Source: an uncultured Verrucomicrobiae bacterium (GTDB lineage: Bacteria; Verrucomicrobiota; Verrucomicrobiia; Chthoniobacterales; UBA10450). Taken from it: a stretch of DNA of 64,000 bases. The position numbers and the translations under genes are program-made. Shown here one piece after another: positions 19,945-30,824 of the stretch (position 1 is the first letter of the stretch; each line of letters starts with the position of its first letter). Where the stretch lies: assembly GCA_963772365.1 (NCBI GenBank), contig CAVYXA010000001.1, positions 1,152,001-1,216,000 on the forward strand, read 5' to 3'. The notes under the pieces were generated by a model, which saw only the letters and a list, made by a program, of their open reading frames with translations, was not told the origin of the DNA and did no database searches.

Positions 19945-22446
19945 ATGCGCGAAAGAGCCCAACAGGTCGCGGAACTGGTTAAATCTGCCATTGAACGCAA
20001 ACCCGCAGCGCGATCCGCGTTTCTGGACGAAGAATGCCGATCCGATCCGGCCATGCGCGCGGAAATCGAATCGTTGCTCGACCAACAAGATGGTGCGAGC
20101 CGATTCATCGAAATCCCGGCCCTGCACCTCGCGGCGGAGTCGTTCATCCGCGAGAGCGCATTTCACGCCGGACAAACGATTGGCGATTATGAGATTATCT
20201 CGCTCATCGGCAGTGGCGGCATGGGCGAAGTTTATCTGGCCCACGATTGCGAGCTTGATCGCAAAGTCGCGCTTAAGCTTGTTCGTCGTCCCCTGGCCTC
20301 GGGCGACATGCTGCGCCACTTCAAACGCGAAGAGCATCTCCTGGCCAGCCTGAATCACCCAAACATCGCGCAGCTCTACGGCAGCGGCCTTACTGCGGAT
20401 GGAGTTCCATTTTTTGTCATGGAATATGTCGAGGGCCAACGACTGGATGACTATTGCAATGAGCGCCACTTAGGAACGGAAGAGCGCCTCCAGCTTTTCC
20501 GCAAGGTCTGCTCGGCTGTTGCTTACGCGCACCAGCGCCTGGTTATCCATCGAGACCTTAAACCGGCGAACGTGCGAGTTACTGGTGGAGGCGAGCCTAA
20601 GCTGCTCGATTTCGGCATCGCGAAACTAATCGACGTGGACGAAAGCCAAAGGAGCGGCATGACTCTCACACTGCAAGGTGTTATGACTCCCGAATATGCC
20701 AGCCCTGAACAGGTACGGGGCGAAAGCATGACAACCGCCAGCGACGTTTACAGTCTCGGCGTCGTCCTTTACGAACTGCTCACCAGCCAACGTCCCTATC
20801 GCCTGACAAATCTCAAGCCGCACCAGATCGCGCAGGCCATCACCGACCAGGAACCGACGCGGCCCGGCTTGCTGCGACACGAGCTGGCAGGCGATCTCGA
20901 GACGATTCTCCTAATGGCGTTGCGCAAAGAGCCAGAGCGCCGCTATTCCTCAGTCGGACAATTTTCCGAGGATATCCGGCGTTATCTCGCCGGGCGGCCG
21001 ATCGCGGCGCGTAAGGACACCTGGAGTTATCGGAGCGCGAAGTTCGTCCAACGCCATCGCCTCGGGGTGACCGCCGCGACGCTGGTTTTGCTGACCCTCC
21101 TCAGCGGCATTGTCGCCACTTCATGGGAAGAGCGAACAGCCCGACAGGAGAAAGCGAAAGCCGAGAGCATCAGCGCCTTTCTCGAAAAGATTCTCAACTA
21201 TTCCAATCCATATCTGAATCCTTATGGCTCGGATGGCCGTGTGACGACCATTAGCGAGGTCCTCGATGAAGCAGCCAGGCGTCTGGGAGACGGCGCTTTT
21301 GCGGACGAACCGGAGGTGCGAGCGGAGTTGGAGCGAATTATTGGCGCGAGCTATCTTAGCCAAGGCAAATTGCAATTGGGGCGCAAGCACTTGCAAAAGT
21401 TTGTCCAGTTGGTTGGCAGCAGCTATGGCCCCGACGATCCCAGAAGGGTTCGCGCCTCCGCCATGCAGGCCATGCTCCTTTTTGCCGACGGGAAGATAAT
21501 GGCGGCAGAAAAGCTTTACCGGCAAATGTTACCTCAGATGCGAGTTGAGCGGCGGCGGGGAACGATCACAGCCTACGCGTTATCGGATGCGCTCTGTAAC
21601 CTTGCCTACATCCGTCGAACCGAGGGTGATTCGGGGGAAGCAGAGTCACTCTTTCGCGAAGCTTTGGTTCTTGGTCCGCAATTGCGACCGGAATTGCGCT
21701 ATCTCCTTGGTGTGACTCGAAGCACCCTGGCTTCCACGCTCGCCGATGAGGGAAAATTTGACGAAGCTCTGCACACCGCGCAGCAGGCGGTCACGATGGA
21801 GCGCGCGGAAGGCCAGGTCGGAATGCCGCCCTACGGATTCTCGCTCACTATCCTGGGTGGCTTTCTCGTTGACACACGAGATTTCGCCGCGGGCGACGCG
21901 GCTTTGCGCGAAGGGGAAGCGATCTTCCGCAAGCTACTAAGCCCATCCCATCTTTGGCTGGGCGACAACTTGCGTAACCAGGCGATCTCTTCCTATGAGC
22001 AGGGGAACTTCGTCGACGCGCGAAAGAAGGACGACGAAGCGCTCAAAATCTATCTCGAAAGCTTCGGCCCCAAATACGATAACTATCCCACTGCTTTGAT
22101 TACGGAAGGTTTGATCTTAAACAAGATGGGTCAATCATCCGAGGGCGAGGCGATCTTGCGGAATGCGCTCCAACTGCGGATTGAGTCATTGCCGAGAGAT
22201 CATTTTTGGGTCGCTCTGGCGAAGGACGCGCTCGGTGAGTGTCTAACTACCGAAGGACGCTACGCCGAGGCGGAGCCGTTGCTCTTGACCGGCTACAGCG
22301 ATTTGAAAACACGCTTGGGTAAAAATAACCCGATGTCGTTGACCGCGGCGCACCGGTTGCATGAACTTTACACGGCATGGAACAAGCCCATCGAGGCCGC
22401 AGCCTTCGCCGCGCAAGAAGATCCTCGCGCAAACTACTCGCAATGA
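19945..22446 (+). CDS. Hanks-type Ser/Thr protein kinase with TM segment and TPR domain
   Basis: IGSGGMGEVY, VALK, HRDLKPAN, DFGIAK, TPEYASPEQ; TM segment; TPR-like helical repeats. Confidence 0.95.
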   Translation: MRERAQQVAELVKSAIERKPAARSAFLDEECRSDPAMRAEIESLLDQQDGASRFIEIPALHLAAESFIRESAFHAGQTIGDYEIISLIGSGGMGEVYLAHDCELDRKVALKLVRRPLASGDMLRHFKREEHLLASLNHPNIAQLYGSGLTADGVPFFVMEYVEGQRLDDYCNERHLGTEERLQLFRKVCSAVAYAHQRLVIHRDLKPANVRVTGGGEPKLLDFGIAKLIDVDESQRSGMTLTLQGVMTPEYASPEQVRGESMTTASDVYSLGVVLYELLTSQRPYRLTNLKPHQIAQAITDQEPTRPGLLRHELAGDLETILLMALRKEPERRYSSVGQFSEDIRRYLAGRPIAARKDTWSYRSAKFVQRHRLGVTAATLVLLTLLSGIVATSWEERTARQEKAKAESISAFLEKILNYSNPYLNPYGSDGRVTTISEVLDEAARRLGDGAFADEPEVRAELERIIGASYLSQGKLQLGRKHLQKFVQLVGSSYGPDDPRRVRASAMQAMLLFADGKIMAAEKLYRQMLPQMRVERRRGTITAYALSDALCNLAYIRRTEGDSGEAESLFREALVLGPQLRPELRYLLGVTRSTLASTLADEGKFDEALHTAQQAVTMERAEGQVGMPPYGFSLTILGGFLVDTRDFAAGDAALREGEAIFRKLLSPSHLWLGDNLRNQAISSYEQGNFVDARKKDDEALKIYLESFGPKYDNYPTALITEGLILNKMGQSSEGEAILRNALQLRIESLPRDHFWVALAKDALGECLTTEGRYAEAEPLLLTGYSDLKTRLGKNNPMSLTAAHRLHELYTAWNKPIEAAAFAAQEDPRANYSQ

Positions 22447-22502
22447 TCTTCACCTAAGTCCGATCAAGCGGGATCGGATTTGCCGCCATGCCTGAAGGCT
22501 CC

Positions 22503-22590
22503 AGGGCAGGGCAGTGCCGATGCGGGATTTTTGAACTAGCCAGACATTGTTGGCGTGACCGTGCCGTTGGTGTTTACGTCGGGGCGGAAC
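22503..22590 (-). pseudogene. Degraded C-terminus of a dockerin-tailed secreted gene
   Basis: With one frameshift reads FRPDVNTNGTV.ANNVWLVQKSRIGTALP; compare FRSDVNANGAINSTDVSIIKSHLGTGLP at 14493. Confidence 0.6.
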
Positions 22591-22682
22591 TTCCCAGAGC
22601 TAATCGATAGGCGATCCGCGGCTGCCCAGAGGCATGTGTCATCGGTCGAATGCTACTATCTAGCGGTCTGCCCTCCCAGAAA

Positions 22683-23012
22683 TCACGGTTCGCCGCTGCA
22701 ATTTTCAGTGACCCAACGCAAATAATCAGGGAATCCATTGTCGATCTTGATGAAGATTATTTCCGGGACTTCGCAAGGATGAAGTGAGCGAAGTTTTTCC
22801 TGAAATGCTGATTGTCGATCCTCACTCAGCTTGAAAAAAACAAGTATCTCATTTGCGGTGTCGATCTTTCCTTTCCAACGATAAATCGATTCGATGGTCG
22901 GCAGGATATTTGCGCAGGCGGCAAATTTTTCGGTGACGAGCTGGTGCGCGATCCCGTGTGCGGTTTCCCTATCAGGAAACGTGCTTAGCGCGAGCAGAAT
23001 GTTCTCGGTCAT
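22683..23012 (-). CDS. cutA: CutA (copy 2)
   Basis: MTENILLALSTFPD..AACANILP.IESIYRWKGK..LHPCEVPEI. Confidence 0.9.
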   Translation of the reverse strand: MTENILLALSTFPDRETAHGIAHQLVTEKFAACANILPTIESIYRWKGKIDTANEILVFFKLSEDRQSAFQEKLRSLHPCEVPEIIFIKIDNGFPDYLRWVTENCSGEP

Positions 23013-23077
23013 GCGATGGCGCCTACTGAACTGCTGAACGAGTAGATCAAACTTCGTACTCCGACTTCTGCTACGGT

Positions 23078-24178
23078 CTAGGATGACAGGTGCCGACAAA
23101 TCCATCCGCCTCCCAGAACAACATCTCCAGAATAGATAACCGCGGATTGTCCGGGCGTGACGGCTCGTTGCGGTTCGTGAAGACGAATCAGAGCACAATC
23201 ATCATTTATTGGCGTGACCGTCGCCTTCGTTCCGGGATGGCTGTAGCGAATCTTTACGGTTGCTTCGAAAGGTGAGCCGCTGTCGAAGACTTCGGCGGCA
23301 GGATGCCAGTTCACCCGATCCAGTTCGAATTCATCCACAATCAAATCATCGGCATCGCCGACAATGACGCGATTCGTTGCCGGGTCGAGGTCCACCACAT
23401 AGCGCGGCTGCGCGGATCCACCGGGAAGACCTTTGCGTTGCCCGATCGTGAATAGCTCGAGACCACCATGTTCACCCAGAAATTCTCCTGAGCGGTCGTA
23501 GATACCGCCGCGATGAAATTTATCTTCGCCAAGATGCGAGCGCAGAAACGCTTTGTAATCGTTGCCGGGCACAAAACAAATTTCCTGACTATCCGCTTTG
23601 TCCGCCACTTTCAGGCCTAGCGAGTGCGCGATCTCGCGGATTTCCGTTTTGTGCATTGAGCCGAGCGGCGTCAGCGCGCGTCGCAACTGAGGCTGCCGCA
23701 AGCTGAATAGAAAATACGACTGATCTTTGCGCGGATCGACGCCCTTGCGCAATACGGCACGATCCGGCTGATGTTCGATGATCGCATAATGGCCGGTCGC
23801 GATGTAATCGCACCCCAGCGCTTGCGCTTTTGTCCAAAGATTGCCGAACTTCAATTTCTCGTTGCACATCACACATGGATTCGGCGTTCGCCCCGCTTGA
23901 TATTCACTGGAGAAATAATCGATCACCAAGCGTTCGAACTGGTCGGCTTCGTCGACTACGTAGTGCGCAATGCCGAGCGAATGCGCCACGGCCCGTGCAT
24001 CGGCCACCGCTTGCGGGCCGCAGCATTTATCTTCCGCGCGCGAAATGCAGTCCTGCGGCCAGACCTTCATAGTCACGCCGACGACATCGTAGCCCTGCTC
24101 ACGCAGCAGATAACCGGCGACGCTCGAGTCCACTCCACCGCTCATACCGAGCAAAACTCGCTGTTTGGTTGGATTCAT
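23078..24178 (-). CDS. mnmA: tRNA 2-thiouridine(34) synthase, full length
   Basis: GMSGGVDSS, TPNPCVMCN, ATGHYA, KDQSYFL, DSQEICF, VTPGQSAVIY. Confidence 0.97.
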   Translation of the reverse strand: MNPTKQRVLLGMSGGVDSSVAGYLLREQGYDVVGVTMKVWPQDCISRAEDKCCGPQAVADARAVAHSLGIAHYVVDEADQFERLVIDYFSSEYQAGRTPNPCVMCNEKLKFGNLWTKAQALGCDYIATGHYAIIEHQPDRAVLRKGVDPRKDQSYFLFSLRQPQLRRALTPLGSMHKTEIREIAHSLGLKVADKADSQEICFVPGNDYKAFLRSHLGEDKFHRGGIYDRSGEFLGEHGGLELFTIGQRKGLPGGSAQPRYVVDLDPATNRVIVGDADDLIVDEFELDRVNWHPAAEVFDSGSPFEATVKIRYSHPGTKATVTPINDDCALIRLHEPQRAVTPGQSAVIYSGDVVLGGGWICRHLSS

Positions 24179-24269
24179 CGGGAGACAGAAGTTCGATTAT
24201 TAGCCGCTTCAGTCAAACCTGCGGCTCCGGTCGCGCTGTGAAAAGCGAGGCGTTTTCGCATCGCTTTCA

Positions 24270-24839
24270 TCACGCTTTCACCGGCCGGCTAACGAACGGA
24301 CTGCCACGCAGCGTAAATCGCCATGGATGGTGCGCCGAACGGCTAATCCCGATTCGGGCGTCGGCGATAACATCGACATTCGCCACTTCGCGTTCCACGA
24401 AGCAATGCCGAGGATCAACGCACAAATCGAGCTCGTGATGTCGATCGGTTATATCAAGCGCCTGCGTCAGTTTTCCTGGGCCTGAACAAAGCTGGCGAAC
24501 GTCATCAACTCCGCGGCGTTTTTGCATCAGCGCGATTCCTGAACGCGGTTCTAGTGCGCGAATCAAAATGAGACCGTCTCGCGGGCCGCCTTTGATCAAC
24601 ACGTTAAGCATCCAGTGCATTCCGTAATTAAAATAAATATAAGCCGCGCCCGGCTTATTCCGTTTTACAAACTCACGGGCGCTGGGCCGGCTAAAGGTGT
24701 GACAAGCCTCGTCCTCTTCGGTCAGGTATGCCTCAGTTTCCACGATCACTCCTGCGCAACGTCCCCAGATTAGCGTGGTCCCGATCAAATTCGAGGCGCA
24801 GGCCAGCGGATCGCCCTTGAAAAAATTTCTGCTGATCAA
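24270..24839 (-). CDS. mpg: DNA-3-methyladenine glycosylase (Mpg/AAG family)
   Basis: IVETEAY, AYIYFNYGMHW.LNV, LIRALEP, SGPGKLTQAL, RIGIS. Start uncertain. Confidence 0.9.
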   Translation of the reverse strand: MISRNFFKGDPLACASNLIGTTLIWGRCAGVIVETEAYLTEEDEACHTFSRPSAREFVKRNKPGAAYIYFNYGMHWMLNVLIKGGPRDGLILIRALEPRSGIALMQKRRGVDDVRQLCSGPGKLTQALDITDRHHELDLCVDPRHCFVEREVANVDVIADARIGISRSAHHPWRFTLRGSPFVSRPVKA

Positions 24840-24852
24840 TTCCGTTGAGTCG

Positions 24853-25620
24853 CTAAGACCCGGATTCTTTTGCGCGATAAAAGACGGGCAATTGGATAGT
24901 ACACTCCACTCGCTTACCATCGCGAAACGCCGGAATGAATTTAGCTCCCGTAAAGTCGGCAATCGCAGCATCGGCGAAGCCGTTGTCCGGCGGATACTCG
25001 TACGTCACTTTCATTTCCTTCACGTTTCCCTCGTCATCAACCTGCAGTGTGAGTTCCGCCAGTCCATTGACCTTCCCATTCGCCTTCTTTGGATAATGGA
25101 AGCCGAGAAATTTCGAATCTCCACCGAAATAAGGCTGTGGACCGATAAAGTCGCTCTCGGCGGCGACCTCATCGAATTGTTGGTTGGAAAAAATGCGCAG
25201 ACGCGGCGTGCCATTTACCATCCTGAACGTTGCCGTGCCGTAGTATACCGCATCGACAATCTTACCATCGTAAACTCCGGGGATAAAAACCGAGCTATCC
25301 ATTCGCCTTCTCAACTCGTGTTCCAAAGCATCCGAGCCGGGCGATGCGCGATAGGTAGAGCTGGAGACGACTTTGCCATTCTTGTTTACGATGCAATAGA
25401 ACATCACTTCCTGATCGCTTGGACTACGCTCGCCAACAGTTTCCCGGTCAATCTTATTAATGAGCGCGTTCGCTTCCTCCCCCATGAGGATTGGACGATA
25501 CTGTGGGAGCGCTTCCGACGATTTAGTGGACGGCGCCGGTGTCGAAGTAGTAACAACCTGCCCCAGAGCAGGGCCAACAATCAGCCCGAGAACGAGCAGC
25601 GCCAATGAAAAATATCGCAT
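24853..25620 (-). CDS. Exported protein with TonB C-terminal-like domains
   Basis: Signal peptide; LTLQVDDEGNV..GFADAAI..FIPAFRDGKRVE. Confidence 0.7.
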   Translation of the reverse strand: MRYFSLALLVLGLIVGPALGQVVTTSTPAPSTKSSEALPQYRPILMGEEANALINKIDRETVGERSPSDQEVMFYCIVNKNGKVVSSSTYRASPGSDALEHELRRRMDSSVFIPGVYDGKIVDAVYYGTATFRMVNGTPRLRIFSNQQFDEVAAESDFIGPQPYFGGDSKFLGFHYPKKANGKVNGLAELTLQVDDEGNVKEMKVTYEYPPDNGFADAAIADFTGAKFIPAFRDGKRVECTIQLPVFYRAKESGS

Positions 25621-25715
25621 GGCTGATTACGCAAGCGGAAGGCGATCAGTTTGCAAGGGCGATTTGCTGAGTCCACGACTTGAGGTTCGCGCATCCACCA
25701 TCCATCGTGCCGATT

Positions 25716-26096
25716 ATGAACCTGGAAGGGATCGATCATGTCGCCATGAGTGTTCGTAATGTCAAACGCGCCGCACAATGGTACATCGACGTCCTCGGAT
25801 TTGAGACACGCTATCAGGGCATGTGGAACGGCGTCCCGACCTTTATCGGGAAAGGCGACACGGCGATTGCCCTGTTCCCTGCGGATGCATCGACACCATC
25901 GACATCGCCCGGCTACCGAGGCATCCAGATGCTTCATTTGGCTTTTCGCGCCGATCGCAAAAACTTTGTGGCCGCGCAGAAGGAACTAAAACGGCGCGGG
26001 ATCGAACTTGAATTCCAGGACCACCAGATTGCGCACTCAATTTACTTCTATGATCCTGATGGACACGCGCTCGAGATTACAACCTACGATATCTGA
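25716..26096 (+). CDS. VOC/glyoxalase family protein
   Basis: IDHVAMSV, HLAF, SIYFYDPDGHALEI. Confidence 0.9.
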   Translation: MNLEGIDHVAMSVRNVKRAAQWYIDVLGFETRYQGMWNGVPTFIGKGDTAIALFPADASTPSTSPGYRGIQMLHLAFRADRKNFVAAQKELKRRGIELEFQDHQIAHSIYFYDPDGHALEITTYDI

Positions 26097-26106
26097 TTGA
26101 GATATC

Positions 26107-29100
26107 TTACGCGGTCCTGCCGCAGCAGTTTTTGTATTTCTTCCCGCTGCCACACGGGCACGGCTCGTTGCGTCCGACCTTGGGTAACGCTCGCCGCACA
26201 GGCAGATCAAGTGTCACTTCACTTTCACCATCGCCATTGCCGCCAACGGTGGCCATCGCCCCGACACGTTGCCGTCCGCGCGCAGGAGCATTCGCCGTTG
26301 GCGCCGTTGGTCCTTCTTCGCGCAATAGAAATTGCGGGAGACTGGCCAGGAAATTTTCGAATGCTTGTAGGTTCGACGTGCTGCGGAAGAGATTATGCAA
26401 CACTTCGTTTTTAATGTTCGCCATCAACTCGACGAACATGTCGTAGGCCTCGGTCTTGTACTCGATGAGAGGATCTTTCTGTGCGTAGCCGCGCAGATAC
26501 ACACCCTCCCGCAACGCATCCATGGCATAGAGATGCTCCTGCCATAGCCGATCGATCGCGTTCAAAATGATGTAACGCTCGAGGCTTTTCACCGCCGCCG
26601 GCTCTTCATGGCTCGACTTCCGTTCGTACGATTCCTTGATCTTCTCGCTCAAGAATTGCGAGTTTTCATCGACAGTCCGCGTTTCAAATTCCGCTTTTTC
26701 TTTTGTTAGCCCGAGGGGAAACGTGGTGTTCACCCAGTGCATCAAGCCGCCGTAGTTTGGTTCATCGGCCTCAATGTATTCCTTCACTTTTCCCGGCACC
26801 GCTTCATTGATTACTTCATAAATCAGGGCCCGCGGCTCCTCGGCATCGATCACTTCGTTACGATAACCGTAAACGACTTCGCGTTGCATGTTCATCACGT
26901 CGTCGAAATCGAGCGTGCGTTTACGAATCAAATAATTGCGCTGCTCCACCCGTTTCTGCGCGGTCTCCACCGATTTATTCAGCCATCGATGCTCTAGCTC
27001 CTGGCCTTCCTCGAGTCCAAACCGCTCCATGATCCGCGTCATGCGATCCGCTGCGCCGAAGTTCCGCATCAGATCGTCTTCGAAGCTCACATAGAATCGT
27101 GACGCTCCGGGATCGCCCTGACGCGCGCATCGCCCTCGCAATTGTCGATCGATCCGGCGTGATTCGTGCCGTTCCGTGCCGAGCACCATCAGCCCGCCTA
27201 ACTCCGTCACACCGGGTCCCAGCTTAATATCGGTGCCGCGGCCTGCCATGTTGGTGGAAATCGTCACAGTTCCCGGTTGACCAGCTCGCTGCACGATCTC
27301 CGCTTCCTGCATGTGGAACTTCGCGTTCAATACGTTATGCGGAATTTTTTCTCGCTTGAGCATTCGGCTTAACAACTCCGACGCTTCCACGCTCACCGTC
27401 CCGACGAGCACCGGTTGCTGTTTGTTGTGGCAATCGCGAATCTCGTTGATGACCGCGTTGTATTTCTCCCGGCGTGTCTTGTAGATCCGATCATTGGAAT
27501 CCTTTCTCGCGACCGGGCGATTGGTCGGAATCATATTGACGTCGAGCTTGTAAATGTCGTGAAACTCAGCCGCTTCCGTTTCGGCGGTGCCGGTCATGCC
27601 CGCGAGCTTTTGATAAAGCCGGAAGTAATTTTGGATCGTGATCGTGGCCAGTGTCTGCGTTTCCCGATCGATCTGCACTCCTTCCTTCGCTTCGACTGCC
27701 TGATGCAGCCCATCGCTCCATCGTCGTCCCGGCATTTTGCGTCCCGTGAATTCATCGACAATGATCACCTTATTTTCCTCGATCACGTACTGCACGTCCT
27801 TCTCGAACAGGCAGTAGGCCTTGAGCAACTGCGAGATGTTATGGATCCGCTCGGCTTGCGTGTCGCATAGCTGCTGGCGCTCCGATTTCTTTTTGTCCTT
27901 CTCTTCGTCGGAAAGCGCAGGATCAAGATCGATCTCGGTAAATTCGCTGATCAAATCCGGCAGCACGAACGCATTTGGATCGTCGGGATTTAGAAAAACG
28001 CGGCCCTGCTCGGACAAATCGGCCTCGTTCGTTTTCTCATCGATGGTAAAAAACAATTCCTCCTTGAGCGCGAACAGTTCTTCTTTCCGCGTGTCCTGAT
28101 AAAACGAAAGCTCGGCTTTATCGATGGCGCGGCGCTTGTCCGGATCCTCCATCATGCGCAGCAATTGCTTGTTGCGCGGCTGACCCAGCTTCACTTTGAA
28201 CATCAATCGTCCGCCCGTTTCCACATCACCTTGCTCGAATTTCTCGATCGCCTCACTGGCCAGGCGATTGCACAGCATGTTCTGTTTGCGCACGAGTTGC
28301 TCGATTAAGGGTTTGAACTTGTCGTACTGATGGGTCGAAACCGTGGCAGGCCCGCTAATGATCAACGGCGTCCGGGCCTCATCGATCAGGATCGAATCGA
28401 CTTCATCGACAATCGCGTAATGATACCCGCGCTGGACCTGCTGGTCGCGCGTCGTCGCCATTCCGTTGTCGCGCAGATAATCGAAGCCGAACTCACTGTT
28501 CGTTCCATAACAAATGTCCATCGCGTACTGCTCACGGCGCACATCCGGCTCCTGGTCGTGTTGAATGCAACCGATCGTAAGGCCGAGAAAATTGTAGAGC
28601 GCGCCCATCCATTCCGCATCGCGCCGGGCCAGGTAATCGTTCACCGTCACGAGATGAGCCCCGCGACCGGTGAGTGCGTTCAAGTAAAGCGGCAATGTGG
28701 CAACCAGCGTCTTACCTTCGCCGGTCGCCATTTCCGCGATCCGGCCGCGATGCAAAACGATTCCGCCGAGCAATTGGACGTCGAAGTGGACCATGTCCCA
28801 CGTCATCGGCTGCTCGCACACTGTGAACGTGTGCTGTCGATCCTTCAGCCGCCGGGCTGAATTCTTTACGACCGCGAAAGCCTCCGGCAAAATTTCCTCG
28901 AGCCTCTTCCACTGGTTCTCAATCTCAGGAATTTTCGCCAGCTCCTCTTTCCAGGCCGCCGTCTTGCCGCGCAACTCGTCATCCGATAAGCTCTTGAACT
29001 GCTTGTCGAACTCGTTGATCCGCTGCACAATCGGCCGGAGCCGCTTCAGTTCCCGCTGGTTCTTCGAACCCAAAATCTTCTTTAGAATCCACGTAACCAT
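26107..29100 (-). CDS. secA: Preprotein translocase ATPase SecA
   Basis: [43 protein letters not shown]-terminal [18 protein letters not shown]. Confidence 0.98.
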   Translation of the reverse strand: MVTWILKKILGSKNQRELKRLRPIVQRINEFDKQFKSLSDDELRGKTAAWKEELAKIPEIENQWKRLEEILPEAFAVVKNSARRLKDRQHTFTVCEQPMTWDMVHFDVQLLGGIVLHRGRIAEMATGEGKTLVATLPLYLNALTGRGAHLVTVNDYLARRDAEWMGALYNFLGLTIGCIQHDQEPDVRREQYAMDICYGTNSEFGFDYLRDNGMATTRDQQVQRGYHYAIVDEVDSILIDEARTPLIISGPATVSTHQYDKFKPLIEQLVRKQNMLCNRLASEAIEKFEQGDVETGGRLMFKVKLGQPRNKQLLRMMEDPDKRRAIDKAELSFYQDTRKEELFALKEELFFTIDEKTNEADLSEQGRVFLNPDDPNAFVLPDLISEFTEIDLDPALSDEEKDKKKSERQQLCDTQAERIHNISQLLKAYCLFEKDVQYVIEENKVIIVDEFTGRKMPGRRWSDGLHQAVEAKEGVQIDRETQTLATITIQNYFRLYQKLAGMTGTAETEAAEFHDIYKLDVNMIPTNRPVARKDSNDRIYKTRREKYNAVINEIRDCHNKQQPVLVGTVSVEASELLSRMLKREKIPHNVLNAKFHMQEAEIVQRAGQPGTVTISTNMAGRGTDIKLGPGVTELGGLMVLGTERHESRRIDRQLRGRCARQGDPGASRFYVSFEDDLMRNFGAADRMTRIMERFGLEEGQELEHRWLNKSVETAQKRVEQRNYLIRKRTLDFDDVMNMQREVVYGYRNEVIDAEEPRALIYEVINEAVPGKVKEYIEADEPNYGGLMHWVNTTFPLGLTKEKAEFETRTVDENSQFLSEKIKESYERKSSHEEPAAVKSLERYIILNAIDRLWQEHLYAMDALREGVYLRGYAQKDPLIEYKTEAYDMFVELMANIKNEVLHNLFRSTSNLQAFENFLASLPQFLLREEGPTAPTANAPARGRQRVGAMATVGGNGDGESEVTLDLPVRRALPKVGRNEPCPCGSGKKYKNCCGRTA

Positions 29101-29235
29101 GTGAACAAATAATATTGCCTAGATTCCATCACTATCAATCCGGTAGGAACGCTCGCCGAGTCCTCTGCGTCGCATCCGGCGGTCGCGCCCGAGCATGGCG
29201 TTGTGCCGGTCACATTTACAGCTAGAATCGAGCGC

Positions 29236-29649
29236 ATGAAAAAAATCATTTCCACGTCTGAGGCGCCAGCGGCCATCGGGCCGTATTCGCAGGGTGTGCG
29301 CACAGGATCGACAGTCTATTGCGCCGGCCAAATTCCGCTCGACCCAAAGACCGGGCAGATCGTTGCCGGCGACATTTCCGTTCAGACACGCCGCGTCCTC
29401 GACAACATTGCCGGAATCCTGCGAGCCGACGACTTGAATTTCGAACACATTGTCAAAACGACGATTTTTCTCACTAATCTCGGCGATTTTCAGACCGTAA
29501 ACGAAATTTACGGTAGCTATTTCAAGCAAGCGCCGCCGGCCCGCTCGACGATTCAAGTCGCCGGTCTACCAAAAGGTGCGAACATCGAGATCGAAGTGAT
29601 CGCTGTTGCTGGCGACGGCGAGGAAACTGTGGCGGATACATCGGGCTAG
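29236..29649 (+). CDS. ridA: RidA/YjgF family enamine deaminase
   Basis: APAAIGPYSQ, GQIPLDP, PPARSTIQVAGLPKGANIEIE. Confidence 0.92.
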   Translation: MKKIISTSEAPAAIGPYSQGVRTGSTVYCAGQIPLDPKTGQIVAGDISVQTRRVLDNIAGILRADDLNFEHIVKTTIFLTNLGDFQTVNEIYGSYFKQAPPARSTIQVAGLPKGANIEIEVIAVAGDGEETVADTSG

Positions 29650-29656
29650 ATCCAAC

Positions 29657-29878
29657 TGTAGCGGCGGTCTATGACCGTCGTTCGAAATTTGCGACGCTCA
29701 TACGGCGCCGCGCATTTATCAGCCTGATTAAAATCGAAATGGAGACCTTCGAAGCCGACAAAGTACCCGCCGATCTTGCCCGCACTCCTGCCGTAGAACC
29801 GGGAAGTCTGTAGCGGCGGTCTAAGAGCGTCGCCATTCGACACAAGAAAATTTGCGACGGTCACAGACCGCCGCTACA
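29657..29878. repeat. Two GTAG-type REP doublets, family B
   Basis: tgtagcggcggtct..gtcg / cgacggtcacagaccgccgctaca at 29657-29713 and 29809-29878. Confidence 0.85.
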
Positions 29879-29886
29879 AACATAGC

Positions 29887-30651
29887 GTGCTCGCCGATCA
29901 GCAATCCCAACCCAAATCCGCTGCCACACCAACGATTCAGGTTGTTCCGCCGCGCCGACCATTTTTATCGCACTTTTATCAATCTTCGGTCGGCAAAAAA
30001 ATGATCGTCGCTGTGACGGGCATCATTTTGATCCTGTTCGTCATTGGCCATTTGCTCGGCAACCTGCAAATCTTTCTCGGACCGGATTGGATCAACAGTT
30101 ACTCCCAGCATCTTCGCGATCTCGGGCCATTGCTTTGGGCGATCCGGGCGTTTCTCCTGGCAACGGTCATACTTCACATCTTCGTGACCATTCGTCTCGC
30201 CATCGATAACCGCCGGGCTCGCCCCGACGCGTACATCGACAAGCACCACGTGAAGGCCACCTTCGCATCCCGGCACATGGTGATGAGCGGATTGATCGTG
30301 CTCGCCTTCATCATCTATCACCTCGCCCATTTTACCGTTCGCGTAACCGACAAACGCTTTGCGCTGCTGAAGGCTGATTCGCTGGGACATTACGACGTTT
30401 ACTCAATGATGGTTTACGGGTTTCAAAATTATTACGTGTCGGCGTTCTACATTCTCGGGCTTTTCCTGCTTGCGCTGCATTTGAGCCACGGCTCCTCCAG
30501 CTTTTTTCAGTCATTGGGTTTCAACGACAAAAAACTGGCGCCGCGGCTGGCATTGGGCGGGCGGGTCTTCGCATGGCTGCTTTTTATCGGGTACACTTCG
30601 ATCCCGGTCACGATCCTGCTCGGTCTAATCAAACCGGCGCAACAACTCTGA
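29887..30651 (+). CDS. sdhC: Succinate dehydrogenase cytochrome b subunit
   Basis: SSVGKKMIVAVTG..FVIGHLLGNL, HLSHGSSSFFQSLG; upstream of sdhA. Confidence 0.93.
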   Translation: MLADQQSQPKSAATPTIQVVPPRRPFLSHFYQSSVGKKMIVAVTGIILILFVIGHLLGNLQIFLGPDWINSYSQHLRDLGPLLWAIRAFLLATVILHIFVTIRLAIDNRRARPDAYIDKHHVKATFASRHMVMSGLIVLAFIIYHLAHFTVRVTDKRFALLKADSLGHYDVYSMMVYGFQNYYVSAFYILGLFLLALHLSHGSSSFFQSLGFNDKKLAPRLALGGRVFAWLLFIGYTSIPVTILLGLIKPAQQL

Positions 30652-30709
30652 AAGAAAATCCGAAAGTCGAATGTCGAAATCACGAATGTCCCGGCAAACT
30701 ACTCACAAT

Positions 30710-30802
30710 TGTCATTCTGAGCGCAGCGAAGAATCTTCAATCGTTTCTGAATCGACGCCGTCAAGGAATAGATAGAGATGTTTCGCTTCGCTCAACATGA
30801 CA
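30710..30802. repeat. REP-like element, family C (TGTCAT..ATGACA)
   Basis: tgtcattctgagcgcagcgaagaatct ... agagatgtttcgcttcgctcaacatgaca. Confidence 0.88.
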
Positions 30803-30824
30803 GCACCCGATTTTCGTTTCAGCC

